This document shows positions 25,403 to 39,616 of a stretch of DNA of 64,000 nucleotides, one piece after another (position 1 is the stretch's first letter; each line of letters opens with the position of its first letter). The position numbers and the translations under genes were made by a program. A model generated the notes under the pieces. It did not search any database. It was not told the DNA's origin and was given only the letters and a program-made list of their open reading frames with translations. The stretch lies in assembly GCF_000027125.1 (NCBI RefSeq), contig NC_017626.1; one strand, written 5' to 3'. This stretch comes from Escherichia coli 042. GTDB taxonomy: Bacteria > Pseudomonadota > Gammaproteobacteria > Enterobacterales > Enterobacteriaceae.

Positions 25403-27235
25403 TCAAAACGGAAACAGCATCGGGATCATCACCACACAAACCGCCATCACGATAATGGTGAACGGTACCCCCAACTTCACAAAGTCACTGAAGCTGTAAT
25501 TTCCCGGACCTAAAACCAGTGTGTTAACAGGTGAAGAAACCGGTGTCATAAAGGCGGCGGATGCTGCCATCGCCACGACCATCGCAAATGGATAAGGCGA
25601 CACACCCATCGTTTTGGCAGCAGCCAGCGCAATCGGAGCCATCAACACCGCCGTTGCGGTATTAGAGATAAATAGCCCAATAACCGCCGACAAGACAAAC
25701 AAACAACCCAGCATCATATGTGGCCCGTAACCGCCGCCAATGTCCATCAGCCCTTTCACCGCCAGCGCGACACCTCCCGTTTTCTGTAATGCCACAGCAA
25801 ACGGCATCATCCCAACGATCAAAATAATGCTCGGCCAGTGAATGGATTTATAGGCGCTTTCAGCATCGATACAACGGAATTTCCCCATCAGCAGGCAGGC
25901 GATGATAGCGGCAACAGGATTAGGGATTTCATCGGTAAGCATTAACGCTACCATCAACACCAGGCAAAAAATGGCATGAGGTGCCTGACTGTGTGCTGGC
26001 GATGCTTCACTCACTTCTTCTGGTAAGTTCAGCGCCACAAAGTCACGCCCCTGTTTTGCCAGCATACCGATCAGTTTCCAGTTACCCACAACCAGGATGA
26101 TATCGCCCAGCAGCAGAGGCTCATCCGCCAGCGAACCTTCCATCGCCTCGCCATTGCGCTTTAGCCCCACCACATTCAGTCCGTAGCGGGTACGAAAACC
26201 AATTTCGCGCACCGATTTACCAATAAGTTCTGACTCAGGAATTAATGAAATCTCTGCCATGCCCACATCAAGTGCCTGGTCAGAAAAATACTCGCCGCGT
26301 AGTACCATCGGCTCCAGCAACTGCTCACTACAAAATTGCCGGAGATCGACATCAGCCGCAGACATATCAATAAGCAAAACGTCACGCGCGCGAAATTCAG
26401 AAACCCCGTTAACATTCACGATAACGCGACGAAAACGCCGCCAGCGTTCAACACCGATGACGTTAGCGCCATAACGCTCACGTAATTTGAGATCGTCCAG
26501 CCGTTGACCAATCATTGGCGAACCGGGGCGAATAGCCAGACGACGCGCACGCCCGGTCAGTCGATATTCACGGATAAGATCGCGAAAGGTTCGACGCGTC
26601 CAGCCTTCGCGCTGTGGGGTCTGGGTATCCCCTTTCAGCATGAAACGCATCACTAACATATACAAAATACCCAGCACCAGCACGACCAGGCCAATAGGTG
26701 TTACGCTAAAGAAACTAAAACCATGATAGCCTTCACGCAGCAATTCACTGTTGACTACCAGGTTCGGCGGCGTCGCCACCAGCGTCATCATGCCGCTTAT
26801 CAGCCCGGCAAAACTTAACGGCATCATCAGGCGCGACGGCGACGTTTGCATACGCATGGCAACGCTTAACACCACGGGAATAAAGATAGCGACAACGCCG
26901 GTTGAACTCATAAACGCGCCAAGCCCCGCGACGGTCAGCATCAACAAAACCAACATTTTGATTTCACTGTTGCCCGCCACTTTGACCAGCCATGTCCCCA
27001 TTACAGTGGCAACACCGGTACGGACCAAACCATCGCCAATAATGAACAAGGCGGCAATCAGGACAACGTTAGGATCGGAAAAGCCGGAAAATACTTCGGG
27101 GACAGTCAGCGTTCCGCTTAATGCAAACGCGACAATAACAAACAAAGCGACCGCATCCATACGCACTCTGCCCGTCGCAAACAAGACGATGGCAACGGCC
27201 AGTAATGAAAGAACCCAAATCAATTCACCGTTCAC
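25403..27235 (-). CDS. yfbS: Putative anion/ion transporter YfbS with two TrkA-C domains
   Basis: 610-aa ORF; polytopic hydrophobic N- and C-terminal halves separated by a cytoplasmic region. Confidence 0.88.
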   Translation of the reverse strand: MNGELIWVLSLLAVAIVLFATGRVRMDAVALFVIVAFALSGTLTVPEVFSGFSDPNVVLIAALFIIGDGLVRTGVATVMGTWLVKVAGNSEIKMLVLLMLTVAGLGAFMSSTGVVAIFIPVVLSVAMRMQTSPSRLMMPLSFAGLISGMMTLVATPPNLVVNSELLREGYHGFSFFSVTPIGLVVLVLGILYMLVMRFMLKGDTQTPQREGWTRRTFRDLIREYRLTGRARRLAIRPGSPMIGQRLDDLKLRERYGANVIGVERWRRFRRVIVNVNGVSEFRARDVLLIDMSAADVDLRQFCSEQLLEPMVLRGEYFSDQALDVGMAEISLIPESELIGKSVREIGFRTRYGLNVVGLKRNGEAMEGSLADEPLLLGDIILVVGNWKLIGMLAKQGRDFVALNLPEEVSEASPAHSQAPHAIFCLVLMVALMLTDEIPNPVAAIIACLLMGKFRCIDAESAYKSIHWPSIILIVGMMPFAVALQKTGGVALAVKGLMDIGGGYGPHMMLGCLFVLSAVIGLFISNTATAVLMAPIALAAAKTMGVSPYPFAMVVAMAASAAFMTPVSSPVNTLVLGPGNYSFSDFVKLGVPFTIIVMAVCVVMIPMLFPF

Positions 27236-27321
27236 AACTTATCCTTGTTAATTGAGGGGGATGACTTGATTCTGCCATAAAAAAGCCCCGACGAGACGGG
27301 GCTAAATCATGATCAGGTGTT

Positions 27322-27972
27322 TCACTGAATAATAACATCGCCATTTGGCTGTTTGGTCACAGTAATTTGCTCCAGACTGTGGAGGACTAAATCGACCTCA
27401 TTCAGGCGCGGGGTATCTGCCGGAGCGTTAACCGCAATGACATGACAACCCGCAGCCAGGCCAGAAAGCACGCCAGCGGGAGCATCTTCCACCACCACAC
27501 ACTCCTGCGGCGCAAGCCCCAGCAGCTGCGCGCCTAGCAGATACGCATCAGGTTCTGGTTTTCCGCGCTTCACTCGCTCAGCGGTCACAAACACCTCTGG
27601 CGCGGGAAGCCCAGCTATTTTATGGCGCGCTCGCGCTACCGGCATGGAGCCAGAAGTCACAATGGCCCACGGAATACCTGCTTTATTCAAATGATTGAGT
27701 AAGGCGATTGCCCCCGGAAGTGCGGTAATACCTTCGGTTTCCGTGGCCTCGATGTGCTCCAGACGCGTAAACTCGGCGGCAATGTCTGCCTCGGATTTGC
27801 CCGCCATAAAATGGCGCAAAGAGGTGATCGCCTGTTTACCGTGAATAAAAGCCAGCACCTCTTCCGGCGCTAACCCATGACGTCTGGCCCAGTTGCTCCA
27901 CGCCCGTTCTACCGCAGGCAGGGAATCCACCAGCGTTCCATCAAGATCAAACAGAAAACCTTTGCACCGCAC
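27322..27972 (-). CDS. yfbT: HAD-superfamily sugar-phosphate phosphatase YfbT (HxpA)
   Basis: 216-aa ORF; HAD motif I FDLDGTLVDS at N-terminus. Confidence 0.9.
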   Translation of the reverse strand: MRCKGFLFDLDGTLVDSLPAVERAWSNWARRHGLAPEEVLAFIHGKQAITSLRHFMAGKSEADIAAEFTRLEHIEATETEGITALPGAIALLNHLNKAGIPWAIVTSGSMPVARARHKIAGLPAPEVFVTAERVKRGKPEPDAYLLGAQLLGLAPQECVVVEDAPAGVLSGLAAGCHVIAVNAPADTPRLNEVDLVLHSLEQITVTKQPNGDVIIQ

Positions 27973-27982
27973 GCGGGCCTCC

Positions 27983-28558
<576 letters not shown>

Positions 28559-29014
28559 TTACAAATCATCAAGGAAAGTTTTATCCAGTTGTTTGAAGGC
28601 GCGCTTAAGCGTGTCAGCTAATGCCTGGTAATCAGGCTTGCCTTCAACGGGTGCCAACACCTGTCCAGACTCCTGCAATTTACCGCGAACTTCATAAAAC
28701 CAGTTAAGGATTGCAGGGGGTAATGGCGTTACAGAACGTTTGCCCAGCCACCACAATCCCTGCATGGGTAAACTTAAAGCGAACAGCGCAGTGGCAACTG
28801 CCGGCCCAAGCTGACCGCCCAGGGCAATCTGCCAGCAGAGAGTAAATACGGCGATCGGCGGCATAAAACGGATCGCATAACGCGTCATCTTGATAACGCG
28901 ATTTTCGACAAAGACCGGGGCAAGGCGTTTTTCCAGCGGCCACGTCTTTGAGTAATGCTGTCCCCGGCGAAACAAGCTAAAAAAATTAACAGAACGATTA
29001 TCCGGCGTTGACAT
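28559..29014 (-). CDS. yfbV: UPF0208 inner-membrane protein YfbV
   Basis: 151-aa ORF with two hydrophobic segments; divergent from ackA. Confidence 0.85.
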
Positions 29015-29351
29015 GCTTCACCTCAACTTCACATATAAAGATTCAAAAATTTGTGCAAATTCACAACTCAGCGGGACAACGTTCAAAACATTTTGTCTTC
29101 CATACCCACTATCAGGTATCCTTTAGCAGCCTGAGGGCCTAAGTAGTACATATTCATTGAGTCGTCAAATTCATATACATTATGCCATTGGCTGAAAATT
29201 ACGCAAAATGGCATAGACTCAAGATATTTCTTCCATCATGCAAAAAAAATTTGCAGTGCATGATGTTAATCATAAATGTCGGTGTCATCATGCGCTACGC
29301 TCTATGGCTCCCTGACGTTTTTTTAGCCACGTATCAATTATAGGTACTTCC

Positions 29352-30554
29352 ATGTCGAGTAAGTTAGTACTGGTTCTGAACTGCGGTAGTTCTTCACTGA
29401 AATTTGCAATCATCGATGCAGTAAATGGTGAAGAGTACCTTTCTGGTTTAGCCGAATGTTTCCACCTGCCCGAAGCACGTATCAAATGGAAAATGGACGG
29501 CAATAAACAGGAAGCGGCTTTAGGTGCAGGCGCCGCTCACAGCGAAGCGCTCAACTTTATCGTTAATACTATTCTGGCACAAAAACCAGAACTGTCTGCG
29601 CAGCTGACTGCTATCGGTCACCGTATCGTACACGGCGGCGAAAAGTATACCAGCTCCGTAGTGATCGATGAGTCTGTTATTCAGGGTATCAAAGATGCAG
29701 CTTCTTTTGCACCGCTGCACAACCCGGCTCACCTGATCGGTATCGAAGAAGCTCTGAAATCTTTCCCACAGCTGAAAGACAAAAACGTTGCTGTATTTGA
29801 CACCGCGTTCCACCAGACTATGCCGGAAGAGTCTTACCTCTACGCCCTGCCGTACAACCTGTACAAAGAGCACGGCATCCGTCGTTACGGCGCGCACGGC
29901 ACCAGCCACTTCTATGTAACCCAGGAAGCGGCAAAAATGCTGAACAAACCGGTAGAAGAACTGAACATCATCACCTGCCACCTGGGCAACGGTGGTTCCG
30001 TTTCTGCTATCCGCAACGGTAAATGCGTTGACACCTCTATGGGCCTGACCCCGCTGGAAGGTCTGGTCATGGGTACCCGTTCTGGTGATATCGATCCGGC
30101 GATCATCTTCCACCTGCACGACACCCTGGGCATGAGCGTTGACGCAATCAACAAACTGCTGACCAAAGAGTCTGGCCTGCTGGGTCTGACCGAAGTGACC
30201 AGCGACTGCCGCTATGTTGAAGACAACTACGCGACGAAAGAAGACGCGAAGCGCGCAATGGACGTTTACTGCCACCGCCTGGCGAAATACATCGGTGCCT
30301 ACACTGCGCTGATGGATGGTCGTCTGGACGCTGTTGTATTCACCGGTGGTATCGGTGAAAATGCCGCGATGGTTCGTGAACTGTCTCTGGGCAAACTGGG
30401 CGTGCTGGGCTTTGAAGTTGATCATGAACGCAACCTGGCTGCACGTTTCGGCAAATCTGGTTTCATCAACAAAGAAGGTACCCGTCCTGCGGTGGTTATC
30501 CCAACCAACGAAGAACTGGTTATCGCGCAAGACGCGAGCCGCCTGACTGCCTGA
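29352..30554 (+). CDS. ackA: Acetate kinase
   Basis: 400-aa ORF; N-terminal [13 protein letters not shown] motif. Confidence 0.97.
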   Translation: MSSKLVLVLNCGSSSLKFAIIDAVNGEEYLSGLAECFHLPEARIKWKMDGNKQEAALGAGAAHSEALNFIVNTILAQKPELSAQLTAIGHRIVHGGEKYTSSVVIDESVIQGIKDAASFAPLHNPAHLIGIEEALKSFPQLKDKNVAVFDTAFHQTMPEESYLYALPYNLYKEHGIRRYGAHGTSHFYVTQEAAKMLNKPVEELNIITCHLGNGGSVSAIRNGKCVDTSMGLTPLEGLVMGTRSGDIDPAIIFHLHDTLGMSVDAINKLLTKESGLLGLTEVTSDCRYVEDNYATKEDAKRAMDVYCHRLAKYIGAYTALMDGRLDAVVFTGGIGENAAMVRELSLGKLGVLGFEVDHERNLAARFGKSGFINKEGTRPAVVIPTNEELVIAQDASRLTA

Positions 30555-30628
30555 TTTCACACCGCCAGCTAAGCTGGCGGTGCTGTTTTGTAACCCGCCA
30601 AATCGGCGGTAACGAAAGAGGATAAACC

Positions 30629-32773
30629 GTGTCCCGTATTATTATGCTGATCCCTACCGGAACCAGCGTCGGTCTGACCAGCGTCAGCCTTGGCGTGATC
30701 CGTGCAATGGAACGCAAAGGCGTTCGTCTGAGCGTTTTCAAACCTATCGCTCAGCCGCGTACCGGTGGCGATGCGCCCGATCAGACTACCACTATCGTGC
30801 GTGCGAACTCTTCCACCACGACGGCCGCTGAACCGCTGAAAATGAGCTACGTTGAAGGTCTGCTTTCCAGCAATCAGAAAGATGTGCTGATGGAAGAGAT
30901 CGTCGCAAACTACCACGCTAACACCAAAGACGCTGAAGTCGTTCTGGTTGAAGGTCTGGTCCCGACACGTAAGCACCAGTTTGCCCAGTCTCTGAACTAC
31001 GAAATCGCTAAAACGCTGAATGCGGAAATCGTCTTCGTTATGTCTCAGGGCACTGACACCCCGGAACAGCTGAAAGAGCGTATCGAACTGACCCGCAACA
31101 GCTTCGGCGGTGCCAAAAACACCAACATCACCGGCGTTATCGTTAACAAACTGAACGCACCGGTTGATGAACAGGGTCGTACTCGCCCGGATCTGTCCGA
31201 GATTTTCGACGACTCTTCCAAAGCTAAAGTAAACAATGTTGATCCGGCGAAGCTGCAAGAATCCAGCCCGCTGCCGGTTCTCGGCGCGGTGCCGTGGAGC
31301 TTTGACCTGATCGCGACTCGTGCGATCGATATGGCTCGCCACCTGAATGCGACCATCATCAACGAAGGCGACATCAATACTCGCCGCGTTAAATCCGTCA
31401 CTTTCTGCGCACGCAGCATTCCGCACATGCTGGAGCACTTCCGTGCCGGTTCTCTGCTGGTGACTTCCGCAGACCGTCCTGACGTGCTGGTTGCCGCTTG
31501 CCTGGCTGCCATGAACGGCGTAGAAATCGGTGCCCTGCTGCTGACTGGCGGCTACGAAATGGACGCGCGCATTTCTAAACTGTGCGAACGTGCTTTCGCT
31601 ACCGGCCTGCCGGTATTTATGGTGAACACCAACACCTGGCAGACTTCTCTGAGCCTGCAGAGCTTCAACCTGGAAGTTCCGGTTGACGATCACGAGCGTA
31701 TCGAGAAAGTTCAGGAATACGTTGCTAACTACATCAACGCTGACTGGATCGATTCTCTGACTGCCACTTCTGAGCGCAGCCGTCGTCTGTCTCCGCCAGC
31801 GTTCCGTTATCAGCTGACTGAACTTGCGCGCAAAGCGGGCAAACGTATCGTTCTGCCGGAAGGTGACGAACCGCGTACCGTTAAAGCAGCCGCTATCTGT
31901 GCTGAACGTGGTATCGCAACTTGCGTACTGCTGGGTAATCCGGCAGAGATCAACCGTGTTGCAGCGTCTCAGGGTGTAGAACTGGGTGCAGGCATTGAAA
32001 TCGTTGATCCAGAAGTGGTTCGCGAAAGCTATGTTGGTCGTCTGGTCGAACTGCGTAAGAACAAAGGCATGACCGAAACCGTTGCCCGCGAACAGCTGGA
32101 AGACAACGTGGTTCTCGGTACGCTGATGCTGGAACAGGATGAAGTTGATGGTCTGGTTTCCGGTGCTGTTCACACCACCGCAAACACCATCCGTCCGCCG
32201 CTGCAGCTGATCAAAACTGCACCGGGCAGCTCCCTGGTATCTTCCGTGTTCTTCATGCTGCTGCCGGAACAGGTTTACGTTTACGGTGACTGTGCGATCA
32301 ACCCGGATCCGACCGCAGAACAGCTGGCAGAAATCGCGATTCAGTCCGCTGATTCCGCTGCGGCCTTCGGTATCGAACCGCGCGTTGCTATGCTCTCCTA
32401 CTCCACCGGGACTTCTGGTGCTGGTAGCGACGTAGAAAAAGTTCGCGAAGCAACTCGTCTGGCGCAGGAAAAACGTCCTGACCTGATGATCGACGGTCCG
32501 CTGCAGTACGACGCTGCGGTAATGGCTGACGTTGCGAAATCCAAAGCGCCGAACTCTCCGGTTGCAGGTCGCGCTACCGTGTTCATCTTCCCGGATCTGA
32601 ACACCGGTAACACCACCTACAAAGCGGTACAGCGTTCTGCCGACCTGATCTCCATCGGGCCGATGCTGCAAGGTATGCGCAAACCGGTTAACGACCTGTC
32701 CCGTGGCGCACTGGTTGACGATATCGTCTACACCATCGCGCTGACTGCGATTCAGTCTGCACAGCAGCAGTAA
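30629..32773 (+). CDS. pta: Phosphate acetyltransferase (three-domain Pta)
   Basis: 714-aa ORF directly downstream of ackA; C-terminal PTA_PTB catalytic domain. Confidence 0.97.
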   Translation: MSRIIMLIPTGTSVGLTSVSLGVIRAMERKGVRLSVFKPIAQPRTGGDAPDQTTTIVRANSSTTTAAEPLKMSYVEGLLSSNQKDVLMEEIVANYHANTKDAEVVLVEGLVPTRKHQFAQSLNYEIAKTLNAEIVFVMSQGTDTPEQLKERIELTRNSFGGAKNTNITGVIVNKLNAPVDEQGRTRPDLSEIFDDSSKAKVNNVDPAKLQESSPLPVLGAVPWSFDLIATRAIDMARHLNATIINEGDINTRRVKSVTFCARSIPHMLEHFRAGSLLVTSADRPDVLVAACLAAMNGVEIGALLLTGGYEMDARISKLCERAFATGLPVFMVNTNTWQTSLSLQSFNLEVPVDDHERIEKVQEYVANYINADWIDSLTATSERSRRLSPPAFRYQLTELARKAGKRIVLPEGDEPRTVKAAAICAERGIATCVLLGNPAEINRVAASQGVELGAGIEIVDPEVVRESYVGRLVELRKNKGMTETVAREQLEDNVVLGTLMLEQDEVDGLVSGAVHTTANTIRPPLQLIKTAPGSSLVSSVFFMLLPEQVYVYGDCAINPDPTAEQLAEIAIQSADSAAAFGIEPRVAMLSYSTGTSGAGSDVEKVREATRLAQEKRPDLMIDGPLQYDAAVMADVAKSKAPNSPVAGRATVFIFPDLNTGNTTYKAVQRSADLISIGPMLQGMRKPVNDLSRGALVDDIVYTIALTAIQSAQQQ

Positions 32774-32813
32774 TCTCGTCATCATCCGCAGCTTTGCGCT
32801 GCGGATATCTGAA

Positions 32814-32843
32814 CCGGAAATAGTCACTATTTCCGGTTTTTTA
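32814..32843 (+). terminator. Rho-independent terminator of ackA-pta
   Basis: Stem ccggaaata/tatttccgg with loop gtcac followed by TTTTTTATT; preceded by a second hairpin atccgcagc/gctgcggat at 32784..32806. Confidence 0.85.
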
Positions 32844-32962
32844 TTCTCTTAATTTGCATTAATCCTTTCTGATTATCTTGCTTAACTGCGCTGCATCAAT
32901 GAATTGCGCCATCTCACTTTGCATACTTACCACTTTGTTTTGTGCAAGGGAATATTTGCGCT

Positions 32963-34483
32963 ATGTCCGCAATCACTGAATCCAAACCAACCAGAAGATG
33001 GGCAATGCCCGATACGTTGGTGATTATCTTTTTTGTTGCCATTTTAACCAGTCTTGCCACCTGGGTAGTTCCGGTGGGGATGTTTGACAGTCAGGAAGTG
33101 CAGTATCAGGTTGATGGTCAAACAAAAACTCGCAAAGTCGTAGATCCACACTCTTTTCGCATTCTGACTAACGAAGCAGGCGAACCTGAGTATCACCGCG
33201 TACAGCTGTTCACGACGGGCGATGAACGCCCGGGTCTGATGAACTTCCCGTTTGAAGGGTTAACCTCAGGATCGAAATACGGGACAGCCGTTGGCATCAT
33301 CATGTTTATGCTGGTGATTGGCGGCGCGTTTGGCATTGTGATGCGTACAGGAACCATTGATAACGGTATCCTGGCGCTTATTCGCCATACCCGCGGAAAT
33401 GAAATTCTCTTTATTCCTGCGCTCTTTATTCTGTTTTCACTTGGCGGCGCGGTATTTGGTATGGGAGAAGAGGCCGTCGCCTTTGCCATTATCATCGCAC
33501 CGCTAATGGTCCGGCTAGGCTATGACAGTATTACCACCGTCCTGGTGACCTATATCGCCACGCAAATCGGTTTTGCCAGTTCGTGGATGAACCCGTTTTG
33601 TGTGGTTGTTGCTCAGGGGATTGCCGGCGTTCCGGTGCTTTCTGGCTCCGGGTTGCGCATCGTGGTGTGGGTTATCGCCACTCTGATTGGCCTGATCTTT
33701 ACCATGGTGTACGCCTCACGAGTGAAAAAGAATCCTCTTCTGTCACGCGTGCATGAGTCCGACCGCTTCTTTCGTGAAAAGCAGGCGGATGTTGAACAAC
33801 GTCCGTTTACCTTTGGTGACTGGCTGGTATTGATTGTCCTGACCGCCGTAATGGTCTGGGTGATTTGGGGCGTGATCGTTAATGCCTGGTTTATTCCAGA
33901 AATTGCCAGCCAGTTCTTCACCATGGGTCTGGTGATTGGCATCATCGGCGTTGTTTTCCGCCTTAACGGCATGACGGTTAATACCATGGCTTCATCCTTT
34001 ACCGAAGGGGCGCGAATGATGATCGCCCCTGCCCTGCTGGTGGGTTTCGCCAAAGGGATTTTGCTGCTGGTCGGTAATGGTGAAGCGGGTGATGCCAGCG
34101 TGTTAAATACCATCCTCAACAGCATTGCCAATGCCATTAGCGGTCTGGACAATGCGGTCGCGGCCTGGTTTATGTTGCTCTTCCAGGCGGTATTTAATTT
34201 CTTCGTGACGTCCGGTTCTGGTCAGGCGGCGTTAACCATGCCGTTACTGGCACCGCTTGGCGATCTGGTCGGTGTTAACCGTCAGGTTACCGTGCTGGCG
34301 TTCCAGTTTGGTGATGGCTTCAGCCACATCATTTACCCGACCTCAGCTTCGTTAATGGCAACGCTAGGTGTTTGCCGGGTGGACTTCCGTAACTGGCTGA
34401 AGGTGGGCGCGACACTGCTTGGACTGCTGTTTATTATGTCCAGCGTCGTGGTGATCGGCGCTCAGTTGATGGGCTACCACTAA
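32963..34483 (+). CDS. yfcC: Putative membrane transporter YfcC (C4-dicarboxylate anaerobic carrier-like)
   Basis: ORF 32942..34483; probable start at MSAITESK (506 aa); many hydrophobic helices. Confidence 0.85.
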   Translation: MSAITESKPTRRWAMPDTLVIIFFVAILTSLATWVVPVGMFDSQEVQYQVDGQTKTRKVVDPHSFRILTNEAGEPEYHRVQLFTTGDERPGLMNFPFEGLTSGSKYGTAVGIIMFMLVIGGAFGIVMRTGTIDNGILALIRHTRGNEILFIPALFILFSLGGAVFGMGEEAVAFAIIIAPLMVRLGYDSITTVLVTYIATQIGFASSWMNPFCVVVAQGIAGVPVLSGSGLRIVVWVIATLIGLIFTMVYASRVKKNPLLSRVHESDRFFREKQADVEQRPFTFGDWLVLIVLTAVMVWVIWGVIVNAWFIPEIASQFFTMGLVIGIIGVVFRLNGMTVNTMASSFTEGARMMIAPALLVGFAKGILLLVGNGEAGDASVLNTILNSIANAISGLDNAVAAWFMLLFQAVFNFFVTSGSGQAALTMPLLAPLGDLVGVNRQVTVLAFQFGDGFSHIIYPTSASLMATLGVCRVDFRNWLKVGATLLGLLFIMSSVVVIGAQLMGYH

Positions 34484-34515
34484 AAATGTTAAGAGCCGCA
34501 ATTGCGGCTCTTTTT

Positions 34516-35058
34516 TCATTCTGCCGTTTCAGTCTCTACGGCTTCATTTTTGGCATTGCGCTTCATCCACAACGCCAGCGCTTTCAGCGAGTCTGGAGTG
34601 AACTCATCGCAGCGTGCGGTGATTTCTTCCGGTGTCAGCCAGCAAACTTCACTGACTTCATCTTCCTGTAGGGCGAAGGGACCGTGAGAGACGCAACTGA
34701 ACAACGCGCCCCAGACACGGCAATTTTTATCTTCGAAATAGAACTGCCCGTGCTCGGCAAAGGGGACACCGGCAATGCCCAACTCTTCTTCCGCTTCGCG
34801 ACGCGCGGATTCCAGCAGTTGCTCATCGGCCTGGACTACACCGCCTGCGGTCGCATCTAACATGCCGGGTAAAAAGTCTTTTGTCTCGGTACGACGCTGG
34901 ACCAGAATTTTGCCCATGCCATCATGCACGACGATGTAAGTTGCACGATGACGCAGACACTGTGCCCGCATTTGTTCCCGGCTGGCTTGTGCAATGACTT
35001 CGTTCTCTTCATTGACAATATCCACCCATTCAGTACTTGCCAAACGACGCTGTTCCAT
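34516..35058 (-). CDS. yfcD: Nudix hydrolase YfcD
   Basis: 180-aa ORF; Nudix box ([23 protein letters not shown]). Confidence 0.88.
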
Positions 35059-35115
35059 TATCAGGAAACCTTCTTTTTCTGGCGCTCTTACGGCGCATTT
35101 TGAGTTGTGGGTAAA

Positions 35116-35670
35116 TTACGGATTAATCGCGACCTGCGCAATGATACTTTGATCATTGAGTGCGATTACACTAAGTACGTCATTATCCAGCATGCCATAA
35201 CTCGCCGGATTACCGCCTTTAGGAATACTCACCGAGCCGGGGTTAAAGTGGAAAATCTCCCCCCGCTGTTCTGCCACTGGCAGATGGGTATGACCGTACA
35301 CCAGCACATCGTTCTGGTTTAAAGCAGGCAGATTTTCCGGCCCAAACAGATGACCATGCGTCAAAAACAGACGTTGTTTTTCCAGTAATACCTGTTGCCA
35401 CGGCGCGGTTATCGGGAAATGCAAAAGCATTTGATCCACTTCGCTGTCGCAGTTGCCGCGCACAGCGATAACCTTATGTGCCACTTCATTAAGCCGTTCA
35501 GCGACTTTGGCTGGCGCGTAACCCTCCGGTAAAGCATTACGCGGGCCGTGATTCAACACGTCGCCAAGGATCACCAGCCACTGGGCACCGCTTTGGGCAA
35601 ACAACTCCAGAACACGTTCCGTCGCCGGTAACGACCCATGAATGTCCGATGCAAACATCAGTTTCATCAC
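35116..35670 (-). CDS. yfcE: Metallophosphoesterase (phosphodiesterase) YfcE
   Basis: 184-aa ORF; calcineurin-like motifs (DIHG, GDVLNHG, GNCD, GHTH). Confidence 0.88.
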   Translation of the reverse strand: MMKLMFASDIHGSLPATERVLELFAQSGAQWLVILGDVLNHGPRNALPEGYAPAKVAERLNEVAHKVIAVRGNCDSEVDQMLLHFPITAPWQQVLLEKQRLFLTHGHLFGPENLPALNQNDVLVYGHTHLPVAEQRGEIFHFNPGSVSIPKGGNPASYGMLDNDVLSVIALNDQSIIAQVAINP

Positions 35671-35673
35671 TCA

Positions 35674-37150
<1,477 letters not shown>

Positions 37151-37206
37151 CAGAAACAGGTTCTCGTGTATTATTTCATTCTAAGTAAAACAACGGAGAA
37201 CCTGCA

Positions 37207-37569
37207 ATGGCACAACCTGCCGCTATTATTCGTATAAAGAACCTTCGTTTACGTACATTTATCGGAATTAAGGAAGAAGAAATTAACAACCGTCAGGATA
37301 TTGTTATCAATGTGACGATCCACTACCCCGCCGATAAAGCGCGCACTAGCGAAGATATCAACGATGCGCTGAATTATCGCACCGTAACGAAAAACATTAT
37401 TCAGCATGTAGAGAATAACCGTTTCTCTTTGCTGGAAAAATTAACTCAGGATGTGCTCGATATCGCACGTGAACATCACTGGGTGACGTATGCTGAAGTG
37501 GAGATCGATAAACTGCACGCGCTGCGCTACGCCGATTCGGTATCCATGACCTTAAGCTGGCAGCGTTAA
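37207..37569 (+). CDS. folX: Dihydroneopterin triphosphate 2-prime-epimerase
   Basis: 120-aa ORF; FolB/FolX fold; ggaga SD. Confidence 0.9.
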
Positions 37570-37589
37570 CCGCCATATCGGGAGGCTGC

Positions 37590-38483
37590 ATGAACATAGT
37601 GATCACCGGAGGGACGGGATTAATTGGTCGCCATTTGATTCCACGTTTGCTGGAGCTGGGCCATCAAATCACGGTAATGACGCGTAACCCGCAGAAAGCC
37701 AGTTCTGTTCTCGGCCCTCGGGTGACACTATGGCAAGGGCTTGCCGATCAAAGCAACCTCAACGGCGTTGATGCGGTAATCAACCTGGCCGGAGAACCGA
37801 TTGCTGATAAACGCTGGACTCACGAGCAAAAAGAGCGTCTCTGCCAAAGCCGCTGGAATATCACGCAAAAACTGGTCGATTTGATTAATGCCAGCGACAC
37901 GCCGCCGTCGGTACTCATTTCCGGCTCGGCAACGGGCTATTATGGCGACTTAGGTGAAGTGGTGGTTACCGAAGAGGAACCGCCGCATAACGAATTTACT
38001 CATAAACTCTGCGCCCACTGGGAAGAAATTGCCTGCCGGGCGCAAAGTGACAAAACGCGAGTGTGCCTGCTGCGTACCGGCGTAGTGCTGGCACCGGATG
38101 GCGGTATTCTCGGTAAAATGCTGCCGCCGTTTCGTCTTGGCCTGGGCGGGCCGATTGGTTCCGGTCGGCAGTATCTGGCCTGGATTCATATTGATGATAT
38201 GGTCAACGGCATTCTCTGGCTGCTCGATAACGAGCTGCGCGGGCCATTTAATATGGTTTCGCCCTACCCGGTACGCAATGAACAATTTGCCCATGCGCTC
38301 GGTCATGCGCTGCATCGCCCGGCCATTTTGCGCGTCCCCGCGACCGCTATTCGACTGTTAATGGGCGAATCTTCAGTACTGGTATTAGGCGGTCAACGCG
38401 CCTTGCCTAAACGGTTGGAAGAAGCGGGTTTTGCGTTTCGCTGGTACGATTTAGAAGAGGCGCTGGCGGATGTTGTTCGCTGA
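37590..38483 (+). CDS. yfcH: NAD-dependent epimerase/dehydratase family protein YfcH
   Basis: 297-aa ORF; N-terminal Rossmann GxxGxxG (ITGGTGLIG). Confidence 0.88.
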   Translation: MNIVITGGTGLIGRHLIPRLLELGHQITVMTRNPQKASSVLGPRVTLWQGLADQSNLNGVDAVINLAGEPIADKRWTHEQKERLCQSRWNITQKLVDLINASDTPPSVLISGSATGYYGDLGEVVVTEEEPPHNEFTHKLCAHWEEIACRAQSDKTRVCLLRTGVVLAPDGGILGKMLPPFRLGLGGPIGSGRQYLAWIHIDDMVNGILWLLDNELRGPFNMVSPYPVRNEQFAHALGHALHRPAILRVPATAIRLLMGESSVLVLGGQRALPKRLEEAGFAFRWYDLEEALADVVR

Positions 38484-38530
38484 TGTGGTCTACTGCAAAC
38501 ATCCGCCAGTTAATTCCCGGTGTTACAGGA

Positions 38531-39421
38531 TTAGTGGTTTTGCGCGATAAGATCGTCTGGCGAAAGTCGGGTCAGCGTCAGGATGACTTCGTAGTCAAAT
38601 CCTTTTTCCAGCATCTCCTGAGCAATACGCAGGGCTTCTTCGTGTTTGCCCTGCATTGCGCCTTCTTCACGTAATCTGTCAGCAATGGTCATCAGTTTCT
38701 CCTTTTCTTGTGGTGCGCGTTCCGCTATCTCACCAATAAATGCACGGAAACGCTGGGCATCCCCCGTTTGTAATACGTAATTAAACAGGGCTTTTAGCTG
38801 TCTGTCATTAGTGTTCCCTGTAACTAGCAGCGAAACAATTTGGTCGACTAATCCCAACAGATCGCGCTGACGAATATGTTTCTGAATTAACTCCAACAGC
38901 GCCATTTTGCGATGTTGCATAATCTCGTCATCCGGCACCACGGTAATATCCACCAGCGGAAAAGCCGATGAATAAATTTTGCGGGCAATCGCAGGCTCGG
39001 CAAATTCATCAAGCCAGCAGAGTGAATATGGATAAGGGCTTCTGCAACCATGATAAAACAGCATCGGGATCACTAATGGAAGCTCTTTATAGCCCGCATC
39101 AAGATGGTTTTGCATCGCCGCAATGGAATAGCGCATCATGCGAAAAGCCATTAATTCCTCTGGCTTACTTTGGTGCTCTATCACCACATAAATATAACCC
39201 GCTCCCTCCTGCGTTTTCACAGACCACAAGAGGTCGGAATAATATTGCCGCAGGTCTTCATCAATAAAACTGTTTGGTTCCAGTTTAAGCGTTGTTAAAT
39301 CACACAGTTTGCGCAGCGGCGCGGGAAGATGAATATCAATAAAATCCCGCGCGGTGTCTGGATGGCGTAAAAAAGATTTAAATACCGCATCATGCGGCGT
39401 GGAAGTTGTCGATATTGTCAT
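38531..39421 (-). CDS. rpnB: Rpn-family recombination-promoting nuclease / transposase_31-like protein (RpnB, YfcI)
   Basis: 296-aa ORF; PD-(D/E)xK-type N-terminal region (YIYVVIEHQ); recognised as YfcI/RpnB. Confidence 0.85.
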   Translation of the reverse strand: MTISTTSTPHDAVFKSFLRHPDTARDFIDIHLPAPLRKLCDLTTLKLEPNSFIDEDLRQYYSDLLWSVKTQEGAGYIYVVIEHQSKPEELMAFRMMRYSIAAMQNHLDAGYKELPLVIPMLFYHGCRSPYPYSLCWLDEFAEPAIARKIYSSAFPLVDITVVPDDEIMQHRKMALLELIQKHIRQRDLLGLVDQIVSLLVTGNTNDRQLKALFNYVLQTGDAQRFRAFIGEIAERAPQEKEKLMTIADRLREEGAMQGKHEEALRIAQEMLEKGFDYEVILTLTRLSPDDLIAQNH

Positions 39422-39616
39422 GGCGTTCCGTCACCCCTCAAATTTAAGATGACGCGACAATAACCACGATTTACACCCAATGCAGCAGGCAGTTTTTATC
39501 TTTGGACAGCGAATTCAGAAGTATTTTTAGCGGACTGCAACTTTTACATTTCAGCGGAAGCGGACTCGCAAATTCCCCATGAAATACTCCGGCAGCGTTA
39601 GCCACCGGAGGGGGAA

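Noticed and set aside
29221-29351. Specific -35/-10 assignment for the ackA promoter (ttgcag ... ataaat)
   Set aside because: Candidate hexamers exist but the spacing is non-canonical (about 15 nt) and several alternatives fit equally; not reported as a feature.
30569-32827. 752-aa ORF on the minus strand spanning the entire pta gene (also 29520..30560 antisense to ackA)
   Set aside because: Exactly antisense to well-supported, highly expressed genes; composition is Arg/Gln/His/Val-rich with no recognisable domain. Long antisense ORFs are an expected by-product of strong codon bias on the sense strand.
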